Assembly (NCBI GenBank): GCA_965285935.1
Contig: OZ260664.1
Span: 19,158,001 to 19,222,000 of the forward strand
Origin: Ophelia neglecta
Taxonomy: Eukaryota
Reading direction: 5' to 3'
Length of the DNA: 64,000 nucleotides
Shown here: piece by piece, positions 63,529 to 64,000 of the stretch
How positions within the stretch are numbered: position 1 is the first letter of the stretch
Layout: each line of letters opens with the position of its first letter
The notes under the pieces: model-generated
What the model saw: the letters and a program-made list of their open reading frames with translations, nothing else
What the model was told of the DNA's origin: nothing
Database searches by the model: none
Program-made: the position numbers and the translations under genes

Positions 63529-64000
63529 GTGAGTGTCCCATCGGGTGGTACCACAGGAATCTCGTGGGCTTTCGGCGGGGCATTTAATAACAACGGTCAC
63601 GAGTTTGCCGTTGTGGGTTGATCCAAGTTTGGATCTTAGCATCTGGGTTTGTTCTAGGTGCAGTTTTAATAATCATCTGATCCCAGATTGGTTTTTGGGT
63701 CCGCGGTCGTCTGGGTGTTTTAAAAGCACACGACAATAGCAAGAAAAAAATTCGGGCGTTACCATTCATCCAATGAAGGTAGTGTGCTCTAAATTATCAG
63801 ATGCAATCTCATTTATTAGCAGTTGTGAAAAAACAATGCGACAATCTCTGCATAATGTATTATGTTTGATCAAGGAAACACAATGTTGGCAGAATGCCAC
63901 GATGGGTTTTGTTATTCCGGTGCAATTTGCAAATGAATAGTTTTACCTGGTACCTTTTTGTTTTATTTATGATACGTCTCCTGTACAATAATGGGACTTC

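Overview
Eukaryotic, intron-rich invertebrate DNA, most likely lophotrochozoan (inferred from the temptin-domain gene and the repeat types). There is one 522-N assembly gap. Three genes were reconstructed by hand from GT-AG sites and reading phase. (1) A Fat4/fat protocadherin on the minus strand: promoter, giant 5.35-kb first coding exon (10283-15628), and a >10-kb CpG-depleted first intron running off the left edge. (2) A minus-strand temptin-domain copper monooxygenase (MOXD1/DBH-like): 10 exons at 27610-23117, all Cu ligands intact, GPI-type tail, but no signal-peptide exon found. A convergent, inverted temptin pseudogene (20568-22489, +) faces it, and its second exon probably lies antisense within the monooxygenase 3' UTR. 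(3) A plus-strand alpha-arrestin (ARRDC-like) with 7 exons from 40101 to 63528, continuing past the right edge. The rest is MITEs, a Harbinger deletion derivative, decayed CR1/L2-type LINEs, SINE fragments, a ~210-bp tandem repeat and simple repeats. Family assignments come from motif recall; no database search was run. Most short ORFs in the supplied track are spurious.
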